From NCBI RefSeq assembly GCF_003334255.1, contig NZ_QOWU01000010.1: a stretch of 64,000 nucleotides of DNA. One strand, written 5' to 3'. This DNA comes from Escherichia coli (lineage in GTDB: Bacteria > Pseudomonadota > Gammaproteobacteria > Enterobacterales > Enterobacteriaceae). Position numbers and translations under genes: made by a program. The number at the start of each line of letters is the position of its first letter. Position 1 is the first letter of the stretch. Shown in pieces: positions 54,393-63,927 of this stretch. The notes beneath the pieces were generated by a model. It did not search any database, had not been told where the DNA came from, and worked only from the letters and a program-made list of their open reading frames with translations.

Positions 54393-56037
54393 GTACGCAG
54401 AAGACGTAAAAACGGGCAAAATTCAGGCCTGTAAACGGTTAAAACAGGCCGTTAAACGGTACTTTTCGGACCTTAAAAGCCCCCTTTACACGTTCGATCG
54501 TGAGGTTGTGGATCGGTTTATTGCCTTTTCCAGGGTGTGCCCGCACGTAAAAGGGCCGATGCGTGGCAGACCCATTGAGCTGGAGCCGTGGCAGCAGTTC
54601 GCCTTTGCGTGCATCCTCGGCTTTAAGGTTAAGGCCACCGGACGGCGCAAATATACGAGCGCCTTTATCGAAGTGCCGCGCAAAAATGCTAAATCAACGA
54701 CCGCCGCGATTCTGGCTAACTGGTTTCTGATTATGGAGAACGGTCAGCAGGATATTTACACCGCAGCGGTGAGCCGTGACCAGGCGAGGATCGTATTTGA
54801 TGATGCGCGTCAGATGTGCATTTTATCCCGACCGTTACGCAGGCGGGTGAATATTCAGGCGCATAAGGTGATACACCCGAAAACCAACAGCCTGTTAAAG
54901 CCGCTGGCAGCAAAAGCGGCAACTATCGAGGGCACAAACCCCAGTCTTTCTATCGTGGACGAATACCACCTACACCCCGACAACGGCGTATATTCTGCGC
55001 TTGAACTGGGGATGGGGGCACGTCCCGAAGGGCTGTTATTTGCCATTACCACATCGGGAAGTAACGTCGTTTCAGCCTGTAAGCAGCATTATGATTATTG
55101 CTGCCAGATCCTGGACGGCGAAGAGGTTAACGAATCGCTTTTTGTGCTGATTTACGAACTGGACGACGAAAACGAGGTTGATGATCCGGAGATGTGGATA
55201 AAGGCGAACCCTAATATCGATGTTTCCGTGGATCGTGAAAAACTGGCCTCAACCATTCAGAAAGCGCGGGGTATTCCGTCGCAATGGGTGGAGATGATGA
55301 CAAAGCGATTTAATATCTGGTGTCAGGGGACTACCCCGTGGATGGGTAATGGTGCATGGGCTGAGTGTGCCGGAACGTTCACGGAGGAAGATTTACACGG
55401 TCAGGAGTGTTACGCGGGGCTGGACTTATCATCAACCAGCGATATTTCCAGCGTGTGCTATGCCTTTCCGGTCGGTAAAACCATTATGATGATTTCCCGT
55501 CATTATCTGCCGGAGTTCCAGCTACAGAACCCCGCCAATAAAAACCGCGCTGTCTATCGTCAGTGGGCTAAAGCAGGCTGGATACGCACAACGCCTGGCG
55601 ACTGCATTGATTACGACCGGATCAGAGATGACATCATGCAGGACGCGGAGAAATTTAATATCAGGCTGGTGGGCTTTGATACGTGGAACGCCACGCATCT
55701 CAGAACGCAATTACAGGGGGCAGGTTTTGAGGTGGAGCCGTTCCCGCAAACCTACCTCAGATTCAGTCCGGCGGCGAAATCGTTCGAAGTTTTTGTTAAC
55801 CGCAGGGTGATTGTGCATCGTGGCGATCCGGTGTTGTCCTGGTCGATGAGTAACGTCGTGATGCAGAGTGACGCGAACGCCAATATCAAGCCGAACAAGA
55901 AAAAATCACCGAACAAGATAGACCCGAGCGTGGCGGCGCTGATGGCGTTTGGTACATTCCAGGCAGAGCATGAGGATTTTGCTTTTGATATAAGCGACAG
56001 CCACCGCCAGAAACTGGAAGAATTTAGCGGGGTGTAA
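54376..56037 (+). CDS. terminase large subunit
   Basis: 553-aa ORF with ATPase P-loop region (VPRKNAKSTTAA) and C-terminal nuclease-type domain. Confidence 0.85.
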   Translation: MTAWNKYAEDVKTGKIQACKRLKQAVKRYFSDLKSPLYTFDREVVDRFIAFSRVCPHVKGPMRGRPIELEPWQQFAFACILGFKVKATGRRKYTSAFIEVPRKNAKSTTAAILANWFLIMENGQQDIYTAAVSRDQARIVFDDARQMCILSRPLRRRVNIQAHKVIHPKTNSLLKPLAAKAATIEGTNPSLSIVDEYHLHPDNGVYSALELGMGARPEGLLFAITTSGSNVVSACKQHYDYCCQILDGEEVNESLFVLIYELDDENEVDDPEMWIKANPNIDVSVDREKLASTIQKARGIPSQWVEMMTKRFNIWCQGTTPWMGNGAWAECAGTFTEEDLHGQECYAGLDLSSTSDISSVCYAFPVGKTIMMISRHYLPEFQLQNPANKNRAVYRQWAKAGWIRTTPGDCIDYDRIRDDIMQDAEKFNIRLVGFDTWNATHLRTQLQGAGFEVEPFPQTYLRFSPAAKSFEVFVNRRVIVHRGDPVLSWSMSNVVMQSDANANIKPNKKKSPNKIDPSVAALMAFGTFQAEHEDFAFDISDSHRQKLEEFSGV

Positions 56038-56050
56038 TGAGGTCAGCAGC

Positions 56051-56332
56051 ATGACAGAAGCCGAAATAACGGGATTAATCCGCCGCGTTGCCGGAATCAG
56101 CCAGCAGGCTGACGAACAGGCCACGCAGCCGGACAGCGTGACAGCCGAAAACTATGCGCGTGTTGTTGCTGAGGTGATGCGCCGTGATGGTATAGAACTT
56201 AATGGCGTGGATATGCGCAACATACGAACCAGAGTTCTTGAGTTGCTGGCCTACCGTCGCCGCGTGGAGATGTATCGGGAGAAGGAGAAAATAACGTACC
56301 ACTGGAAGAAGCCGGAGCGGTTGCGGCGGTAA
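56051..56332 (+). CDS. hypothetical protein (93 aa)
   Basis: MTEAEITGLIRRVAGISQQADEQATQPDSVTAENYARVVAEVMRRDGIEL...; ATG after GAGGT, 14 bp downstream of terL stop. Confidence 0.5.
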   Translation: MTEAEITGLIRRVAGISQQADEQATQPDSVTAENYARVVAEVMRRDGIELNGVDMRNIRTRVLELLAYRRRVEMYREKEKITYHWKKPERLRR

Positions 56333-56419
56333 CTGGTTGATATTCCCGACGGACCAAAAATGGGTGGCTACATCCCTCGCTTCTGAGGACTGTTAACAAG
56401 CTGCCTGAAAGACAGTCAC

Positions 56420-56890
56420 AAACTACGAAATTTTCGCAGTTTAATTAATGATCAGCTTAATCGCTAACCCGCTGATATTTTCGGAAACCTCAATTTGAGG
56501 AAGTCGGCGCGGTAACTCGCTGAACTTTAAGCAAAGTGCAAAATTGCGCTTGCTGAATAATCATTATGATTACGCAGATGATTAAGGAATGACCGAAGGC
56601 GGAAATTCGCCTGTGGTTAATGGGGGAGTTGCAGATCTGCAACTCGACCATGAAACTACGGAAACTACCCGTAGTTTGGGTAGTAAGAGTAACACCCAGA
56701 TTTTGGGTCTTACTCGTGATACCCAAATTTGGGGTATCAGTGGCAACCATAACGACTTTCGTTACGGTTGATGCTTTTACCCCATTGGGGGAAAGGTATT
56801 ACGATAATCATAACACCTACCGAACAGGTAAAGCCCACCAGCCTGATTAACGTTTAACCGGAAAAAAATTCCGGTAGGTGGGGATCCCCA
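56420..56890. other. palindrome-dense non-coding region at island right end
   Basis: Ten dyad-symmetric elements including perfect 20-bp palindrome GAGTTGCAGATCTGCAACTC (56626-56645) and three TACCC..GGGTA-type dyads about 25 bp apart; overlapping small ORFs lack RBS. Confidence 0.6.
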
Positions 56891-57000
56891 TATCGACATT
56901 AACGCCCCTCATGAATTGGTGCGCTTCCCCCTGGAAAGATGATCCGCCTGTATATTTCTTGTGTCTATTTGTTCCACGTTGTTTCATACAGTGCACCGAA

Positions 57001-57024
57001 CGGTGTAGTCACTGGTGTAGTCAT
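57001..57024. promoter_or_regulatory. tandem GGTGTAGTCA repeat near right end (candidate integrase arm-type site)
   Basis: CGGTGTAGTCACTGGTGTAGTCAT, counterpart of 42368-42391. Confidence 0.4.
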
Positions 57025-57097
57025 TTTGCGATTTTTGGCACTTTTTGCGGTGAAAATTATTTAATTAAATCAACGTGTTATGTGAAATAAGTTATAT

Positions 57098-57106
57098 ATA
57101 ACAGCA
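57098..57106. repeat. right copy of 9-bp direct repeat (att core)
   Basis: ATAACAGCA, identical to 42232-42240. Confidence 0.7.
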
Positions 57107-57234
57107 ATAAATAATGCGAGAATAAACGGCACGATGATCTCGGCGGCAAAACGGATACCGCAGAGAATAATGACCAGCATTCCCAACATAATGACGATTT
57201 TTAGGCCATTGAGCGTGATGATCGGCTTTGCCAT
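57098..57234 (-). pseudogene. tqsA: tqsA 5' fragment (codons 1-46) separated from the rest of the gene
   Basis: Minus-strand ATG at 57234 encodes [46 protein letters not shown] then runs into island DNA (YNLFHITR, stop). Confidence 0.85.
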
Positions 57235-57645
57235 GCTTGTCCCCGTTTTTTCTTCCTTTGCTAATAATAATGTCTTTTTCGCTCCGTCATCATAACGAAA
57301 ATCAAACCGCTCAGGTAAAGAAGTGAAAATATTTTGAGTTAATTCTTAAGCTATGATACAAATCAGGCGTGTTCAACTACCGAGGACAATTATCATCCGC
57401 GATGACGAGAAGCAACACTGCGGATAATTGTAATATTATGGACAATTTGTTCAGGACGTTATTTTCTACATTTACCCATCTTCGTACCTCATCCACTATC
57501 TTGCTCGTAGGTGAGCAGCACTGGCGCAACGCGCTTTAGTCCTTTCTTCTGCCAAAGCTTGCGCTATGCGCGGGGCTTGACCACTTTACTTTGGTTTCGC
57601 TGAATTAAGCGAAAATTAAAATAATTCTCTTGCAGGAGAAGGACA

Positions 57646-58011
57646 ATGTATATTTATTGGATTTTATTAGGTCTGGCTATTGCTACAGAAATTACCGGTA
57701 CGCTGTCAATGAAATGGGCGAGCGTCAGTGAGGGAAATGGCGGCTTTATTTTAATGCTGGTGATGATTTCTCTGTCGTATATATTTCTCTCTTTCGCCGT
57801 TAAAAAAATCGCCTTAGGCGTAGCTTATGCGCTGTGGGAAGGTATCGGTATTTTATTTATTACCTTGTTTAGCGTTTTGTTATTCGACGAAAGTTTATCG
57901 CTGATGAAAATTGCCGGGTTAACCACCCTGGTCGCCGGGATTGTGTTGATAAAATCAGGTACCCGTAAAGCGCGTAAACCTGAACTGGAGGTGAACCATG
58001 GCGCAGTTTGA
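57646..58011 (+). CDS. mdtJ: SMR-family spermidine export protein subunit
   Basis: 121-aa 4-[35 protein letters not shown]... Confidence 0.9.
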
Positions 58012-58327
58012 ATGGGTTCACGCCGCCTGGCTGGCATTGGCAATCGTGCTGGAAATCGTTGCTAACGTCTTTTTGAAATTTTCTGACGGCTTTCGTCGCA
58101 AAATATTTGGCTTGCTCTCCCTGGCGGCGGTGCTGGCTGCCTTTAGTGCGCTTTCTCAAGCCGTTAAAGGGATCGACTTGTCTGTCGCTTATGCATTGTG
58201 GGGCGGGTTTGGTATTGCCGCCACGTTAGCCGCAGGTTGGATCTTGTTTGGTCAACGGTTAAATCGTAAAGGCTGGATTGGCCTGGTCTTGCTGTTGGCT
58301 GGAATGATCATGGTGAAACTTGCCTGA
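57998..58327 (+). CDS. mdtI: SMR-family spermidine export protein subunit
   Basis: 109-aa 4-TM ORF overlapping mdtJ 3' end. Confidence 0.9.
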
Positions 58328-58365
58328 TGAAGACGCTGCCCGCGCTGTCGGGCAGCGTTTGAACA

Positions 58366-59187
58366 TTATTTTTGCGACAGTTGATCCAGCTTGTCGCGAA
58401 AACCGGTAACAGAAATGGCCCGGTTATCGGCGCGCCAGCGATCTTTCGCGGCAGGAGCCGAACTTTGCACCCCAATTAATTGCCAGCCGTCATCGGTATG
58501 CAACATCAGAGGCGAACCGCTGTCACCCGGCAAGGTATCGCACTGATGTGACATCACCGACGTTTGCGCCCAGCCAGTCACTTCACAGTTTTGATGACTG
58601 TACAACGTATCGAGATGATCTTCAGGGTAGCCTGCCTGAGTCACTTTACGACCTGCCGCTTTTAATGCGGCGGTAAGCGCGGCTTTATCTCCCTCAAATA
58701 ACGGCAACGGCGTAATGCCAGAAGGGGGATTACGTAGCACAATCAATCCGAAGTCCCACGGCGCGGCTGCGGGAGGTACAATCCAACCATCCCCATCTGC
58801 TTTTAACCGCTTTCCCAGTGTCGGATCAACGCGGCCTTCTATGTCGTGGATCTCATAGCGCCAAAGACCTTTATTTGACACAAAACGCAGCGCCACTGCT
58901 TTATCGGCTTTACCCTTTGGAGGTGTCAATAAACAGTGTCCTGCCGTTAATGCCAGATTGGGTGCAATCAGCGTCGCCGTACATAAATTGCCGCTGGCCG
59001 TTTCCAGTTGCCCAACCGCATCCCACGGTGATTGGGTCGTGTCATTCACTGGCACACGATCATCATGACCAAAAAACAGGGTGCTGACCTCATCGTTTGC
59101 CGATCTGGCAACGTCTGGTTTATCTGCAAACACAAAAGCAGACGTCAAACTAATTGCACCCAACACTACAGCAATGGTTGTACGCAT
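58366..59187 (-). CDS. ydgD: putative secreted trypsin-like serine peptidase
   Basis: 273-aa ORF with signal peptide and His (TAGHC) / Ser (GDSGSP) active-site motifs. Confidence 0.85.
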
Positions 59188-59286
59188 ATCACACTCTGGT
59201 GGGTAATTATGATTATTAAAAGCAAACCCTCATAAATACTATAGACGGGACGGGATGAAAGTGGGAGTAAAATCAGATAACTACAA

Positions 59287-59370
59287 TCAGGAAAGATAAA
59301 AACGGGCGGCAATCAGTGCGCATAAAATAAGGATGATCAGAATGAACTCAAAGCGATAACGGCCCACCAT
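59287..59370 (-). CDS. ydgU: small membrane protein YdgU (27 aa)
   Basis: ATG preceded by GGAGGG; MVGRYRFEFILIILILCALIAARFYLS. Confidence 0.6.
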   Translation of the reverse strand: MVGRYRFEFILIILILCALIAARFYLS

Positions 59371-59462
59371 ACTACCCTCCGCTAAAGGCGGTGCTAAACG
59401 TTACCCGCTTAGCACCGTAATTTTCAGGCGCGAGGGGGCGCGCCAGCATTACTGTTGAAAAC

Positions 59463-59771
59463 TTACGCTGCGGGTTGTGCAGCAGGTTTTGCCGGTTGCT
59501 GATGGCTGTGTTTCTTGGCGTGTTTCTTCGCTGCCTGCGCTTTTTGTTCAGGGGCTTTCTGTTCAGCTTTCGTATTTTTATGATGCTTTTTAGCCGCCTG
59601 CGCTTTCTGGGCAGGTGCTGCTTTATGCTGTTTTTTATGATGTGTAGTTTTCGCCGGCGCTGCTTTGGTGGTCGTCGCAGTCGGAGCAGGTGTGGTCGTA
59701 GTCTCTGCAGCAAAGGCGGCAGAAGACAGACCCATAGCAGCGGCAACAACCAGAGCTAATACTTTTTTCAT
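59463..59771 (-). CDS. asr: acid shock protein
   Basis: Start at internal Met ([21 protein letters not shown], signal peptide), 102 aa, repetitive Lys/Ala/Gln/His-rich periplasmic protein. Confidence 0.88.
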   Translation of the reverse strand: MKKVLALVVAAAMGLSSAAFAAETTTTPAPTATTTKAAPAKTTHHKKQHKAAPAQKAQAAKKHHKNTKAEQKAPEQKAQAAKKHAKKHSHQQPAKPAAQPAA

Positions 59772-60194
59772 TGTCATACCCTCAATTTGTTTTTTCATTT
59801 AACCCCACTGCGGGGCCGTTGAAATAACTATATCCCTGGGAATGGCAGACTTCCGTGAGTGGTTGGTTTCAGCGTGTAACGATATGTACAAACGCTGAAT
59901 AAATTACAGCGTTGATAATAACGTATTGTGACTTAAGGAAAATTTAGCTACCAATAATAGTAGTCTTGATCGGGTTAACTATTTTACTACTTACAAAGCA
60001 GTAGAATAACTGCGCATCAGTAATAAATGACACACAGCAAAATGAATCCGTTTATTTGGGTACTTATAATCCTGATGACGCTAGACGCGCTGCGGGAATT
60101 GGCTGGCGCTTCGTCTATTTTAGGATGGCTATTAACGTTGGTTTGAGCTGGCAATAAGTCCGGACGGGTATTTACCGCAGTCCGGACTTATTTT

Positions 60195-61448
60195 TCAGGC
60201 GTGCAGACGACGATGCAAACGCGTCCCGACCAGCAGAGCAATGACCAGCATCAGAGCAATAAATGCGCCGACGCCGTTCCAGCCATAGTTATGCCAGAAA
60301 ACACCACCCAGCGTCCCGGCAATACTCGACCCCAGATAGTAACTGAACAGATACAGCGAGGAGGCCTGGCCTTTAGCGCGTTTTGCGCGGGGGCCGATCC
60401 AGCTGCTGGCTACTGAGTGGGCTGCGAAGAATCCTGCTGAGAAGAGTAACATTCCGGCAAAGATCAGCCACAGCGAGCTGAATAAGGTCATCAGTAAACC
60501 AAACAGCATAACCCCCGTCGAAAACAACATCACTGGACCACGCCCATAGCGGGTGGTCATGGTTCCGGCTTTGGGTGAGCTCCATGTACCGGTCAAATAA
60601 GCCAGCGATAATAAGCCAACCACGGCCTGACTGACATGCCAGGGGGAGAGCATCAACCGATAGCCGATGTAATTAAACAGCGTGACGAACGACCCCATCA
60701 GAAAAAAGCCTTCTGCGAACAATAACGGTAATCCCCGGTCACGCCAGTGCAGACGAAAGTTGATAAACAACGTCTTAGGGCGCAGCGAAGTCGGGCGAAA
60801 ATGGCGTGATTCAGGGAGGATTTTCCAGAACATCAACGCCGAGGCCAGCGCGAAACAACCGATTGCCGCCAGAGCAATTCGCCAGTTGAAAAAGTCCGTG
60901 AAGACACCGCTAATTAAGCGTCCGCTCATGCCGCCAATTGAGTTGCCGCTGATATACAACCCCATTGAAAAGGCCACGAAACTGGGATGGATTTCCTCGC
61001 TAAGATAAGTCATGCCAACAGCTGCCACGCCACTTAACGAAAGCCCAATCAAGGCGCGCATAATCAAAATGCCGTGCCAGCTGGTCATCATTGTCGAAAG
61101 TAACGTACAAATGGAGGCCAACAGTAGCGCCGTGACCATCACTGGTTTGCGACCAATGGCATCGGATAGCGGGCCAGTAAACAGCAAACCAATAGCCAAC
61201 ATCGCCGTGGAAATGGACAGTGAAATACTACTGTTCGCGGGGGTTAAGCCAAACTCCTGCGAAAGCACCGGAAGGATAGGCTGCACACAATAGAGAAGTG
61301 CAAATGTTGCCAGTCCGGCAGAGAACAGCGCCAGGGTGACGCGCATAAATTGCGGCGTACCGCGTTTAATAAATTGATTTGGCTGAGAAATGCTTTGCTT
61401 GTCAGTGTCGCTTGCCGGAGCGCCATCAACAGTTGTAGTACGGCTCAC
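60195..61448 (-). CDS. ynfM: MFS transporter
   Basis: 417-aa 12-TM ORF; divergent from LysR-type gene ynfL. Confidence 0.85.
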   Translation of the reverse strand: MSRTTTVDGAPASDTDKQSISQPNQFIKRGTPQFMRVTLALFSAGLATFALLYCVQPILPVLSQEFGLTPANSSISLSISTAMLAIGLLFTGPLSDAIGRKPVMVTALLLASICTLLSTMMTSWHGILIMRALIGLSLSGVAAVGMTYLSEEIHPSFVAFSMGLYISGNSIGGMSGRLISGVFTDFFNWRIALAAIGCFALASALMFWKILPESRHFRPTSLRPKTLFINFRLHWRDRGLPLLFAEGFFLMGSFVTLFNYIGYRLMLSPWHVSQAVVGLLSLAYLTGTWSSPKAGTMTTRYGRGPVMLFSTGVMLFGLLMTLFSSLWLIFAGMLLFSAGFFAAHSVASSWIGPRAKRAKGQASSLYLFSYYLGSSIAGTLGGVFWHNYGWNGVGAFIALMLVIALLVGTRLHRRLHA

Positions 61449-61554
61449 TTGAAATCCTTGCTAAATATGCCTGTAGATCAGGCTTATACATAGGGTAGGA
61501 AAATCGAATTGTTCTGTCTAATATATTAATAATCTCAAATAAGATGTTTTAAAT

Positions 61555-62448
61555 ATGAATATTGAACTTCGTCATCTGCGTTACTTTGTTGCTGTTGCGG
61601 AAGAGCTGCATTTCGGGCGCGCCGCTGCCCGCCTGAATATTTCGCAACCGCCGCTAAGTCAGCAGATTCAGGCGCTGGAGCAACAAATTGGTGCCCGACT
61701 GCTGGCACGAACCAATCGCAGTGTATTGCTGACGGCAGCAGGAAAACAGTTTCTTGCAGATAGTCGGCAAATCCTGTCTATGGTGGATGACGCTGCCGCT
61801 CGCGCTGAAAGGCTGCATCAGGGTGAAGCGGGGGAGTTGCGCATTGGTTTTACTTCGTCGGCTCCTTTTATTCGGGCGGTGTCCGATACGTTATCGCTGT
61901 TTCGCCGTGATTATCCTGATGTCCATTTACAAACCCGCGAAATGAACACTCGCGAGCAAATCGCTCCGCTCATTGAAGGAACGCTGGATATGGGATTGCT
62001 GCGTAACACAGCGTTACCGGAGTCGCTTGAACACGCAGTCATCGTCCATGAACCGCTTATGGCGATGATCCCGCACGATCATCCCCTGGCAAATAACCCG
62101 AATGTAACGCTGGCTGAACTGGCGAAAGAACCCTTTGTCTTTTTTGATCCGCACGTCGGGACAGGGCTGTATGACGATATTCTCGGGCTGATGCGACGTT
62201 ACCATTTGACGCCCGTCATCACTCAGGAGGTGGGCGAGGCAATGACCATCATCGGTCTGGTTTCCGCCGGTCTGGGTGTTTCAATTTTGCCTGCGTCATT
62301 TAAACGTGTTCAGCTCAACGAAATGCGCTGGGTGCCGATTGCTGAAGAGGATGCGGTTTCTGAAATGTGGTTGGTCTGGCCGAAACATCATGAACAAAGT
62401 CCGGCTGCGCGTAACTTTCGTATTCATCTGCTGAATGCTCTCAGGTGA
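61555..62448 (+). CDS. ynfL: LysR-family transcriptional regulator
   Basis: 297-aa ORF with N-terminal HTH (LRHLRYFVAVAEELHFGRAAARLNISQPPLSQQIQALE). Confidence 0.88.
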   Translation: MNIELRHLRYFVAVAEELHFGRAAARLNISQPPLSQQIQALEQQIGARLLARTNRSVLLTAAGKQFLADSRQILSMVDDAAARAERLHQGEAGELRIGFTSSAPFIRAVSDTLSLFRRDYPDVHLQTREMNTREQIAPLIEGTLDMGLLRNTALPESLEHAVIVHEPLMAMIPHDHPLANNPNVTLAELAKEPFVFFDPHVGTGLYDDILGLMRRYHLTPVITQEVGEAMTIIGLVSAGLGVSILPASFKRVQLNEMRWVPIAEEDAVSEMWLVWPKHHEQSPAARNFRIHLLNALR

Positions 62449-62548
62449 GGGAAATTTCAGCGAAAAAGCCCGAAAAATGTGCTGTTAATCACATGCCTAA
62501 GTAAAAATTTGACGACACGTATTGAAGTGCTTCACCATAGCCTACAGA

Positions 62549-62569
62549 TTATTTCGGAGCGCGAAAATA
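62549..62569. promoter_or_regulatory. Mlc/NagC-type operator palindrome in mlc promoter (autoregulation)
   Basis: TTATTTCGGAGCGCGAAAATA dyad 14 bp upstream of the mlc GTG start. Confidence 0.5.
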
Positions 62570-62582
62570 TAGGGAGTATGCG

Positions 62583-63803
62583 GTGGTTGCTGAAAACCAG
62601 CCTGGGCACATTGATCAAATAAAGCAGACCAACGCGGGCGCGGTTTATCGCCTGATTGATCAGCTTGGTCCAGTCTCGCGTATCGATCTTTCCCGTCTGG
62701 CGCAACTGGCTCCTGCCAGTATCACTAAAATTGTCCGTGAGATGCTCGAAGCACACCTGGTGCAAGAGCTGGAAATCAAAGAAGCGGGGAACCGTGGCCG
62801 TCCGGCGGTGGGGCTGGTGGTTGAAACTGAAGCCTGGCACTATCTTTCTCTGCGCATTAGTCGCGGGGAGATTTTCCTTGCTCTGCGCGATCTGAGCAGC
62901 AAACTGGTGGTGGAAGAGTCGCAGGAACTGGCGTTAAAAGATGACTTGCCATTGCTGGATCGTATTATTTTCCATATCGATCAGTTTTTTATCCGCCACC
63001 AGAAAAAACTTGAGCGTCTAACTTCGATTGCCATAACCTTGCCGGGAATTATTGATACGGAAAATGGTATTGTACATCGCATGCCGTTCTACGAGGATGT
63101 AAAAGAGATGCCGCTCGGCGAGGCGCTGGAGCAGCATACCGGCGTTCCGGTTTATATTCAGCATGATATCAGCGCATGGACGATGGCAGAGGCCTTGTTT
63201 GGTGCCTCACGCGGGGCGCGCGATGTGATTCAGGTGGTTATCGATCACAACGTGGGGGCGGGCGTCATTACCGATGGTCATCTGCTACACGCAGGCAGCA
63301 GTAGTCTCGTGGAAATAGGCCACACACAGGTCGACCCGTATGGGAAACGCTGTTATTGCGGGAATCACGGCTGCCTCGAAACCATCGCCAGCGTGGACAG
63401 TATTCTTGAGCTGGCACAGCTGCGTCTTAATCAATCCATGAGCTCGATGTTACATGGACAACCGTTAACCGTGGACTCATTGTGTCAGGCGGCATTGCGC
63501 GGCGATCTACTGGCAAAAGACATCATTACCGGGGTGGGCGCGCATGTCGGGCGCATTCTTGCCATCATGGTGAATTTATTTAACCCACAAAAAATACTGA
63601 TTGGCTCACCGTTAAGTAAAGCGGCAGATATCCTCTTCCCGGTCATCTCAGACAGCATCCGTCAGCAGGCCCTTCCTGCGTATAGTCAGCACATCAGCGT
63701 TGAGAGTACTCAGTTTTCTAACCAGGGCACGATGGCAGGCGCTGCACTGGTAAAAGACGCGATGTATAACGGTTCTTTGTTGATTCGTCTGTTGCAGGGT
63801 TAA
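62583..63803 (+). CDS. mlc: ROK-family global repressor Mlc (DgsA)
   Basis: 406-aa ORF, GTG start; N-terminal HTH, ROK sugar-kinase-like core with Zn motif (HTQVDPYGKRCYCGNHGCLE). Confidence 0.93.
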   Translation: MVAENQPGHIDQIKQTNAGAVYRLIDQLGPVSRIDLSRLAQLAPASITKIVREMLEAHLVQELEIKEAGNRGRPAVGLVVETEAWHYLSLRISRGEIFLALRDLSSKLVVEESQELALKDDLPLLDRIIFHIDQFFIRHQKKLERLTSIAITLPGIIDTENGIVHRMPFYEDVKEMPLGEALEQHTGVPVYIQHDISAWTMAEALFGASRGARDVIQVVIDHNVGAGVITDGHLLHAGSSSLVEIGHTQVDPYGKRCYCGNHGCLETIASVDSILELAQLRLNQSMSSMLHGQPLTVDSLCQAALRGDLLAKDIITGVGAHVGRILAIMVNLFNPQKILIGSPLSKAADILFPVISDSIRQQALPAYSQHISVESTQFSNQGTMAGAALVKDAMYNGSLLIRLLQG

Positions 63804-63927
63804 CATTTTTTAACTGTTCTACCAAAATTTGCGCTATCTCAATTTGGGCCAGGAAAGCATAACTTAGACTTTCAAGGTTAATTATTTTCCTGGTTTATAT
63901 TTGTGAAGCATAACGGTGGAGTTAGTG

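Larger units (their letters stand above)
42232..57106. mobile_element. integrated P4-like/HK97-like tail-less satellite (capsid-forming PICI-like island), including flanking 9-bp direct repeats
   Basis: Foreign block between the two halves of tqsA; carries int, alpA, primase with iterons, and capsid/packaging genes; bounded by ATAACAGCA at 42232-42240 and 57098-57106. Confidence 0.85.

Noticed and set aside
56589-57090. Small ORFs (60, 76, 70 aa) in the island right-end region
   Set aside because: Mutually overlapping in different frames, lacking Shine-Dalgarno sequences, and composed largely of palindromic DNA; more likely non-coding.
59372-59749. 125-aa minus-strand ORF overlapping asr
   Set aside because: Alternative frame of the repetitive asr gene (Arg/Lys/Pro-rich), no independent start signals.
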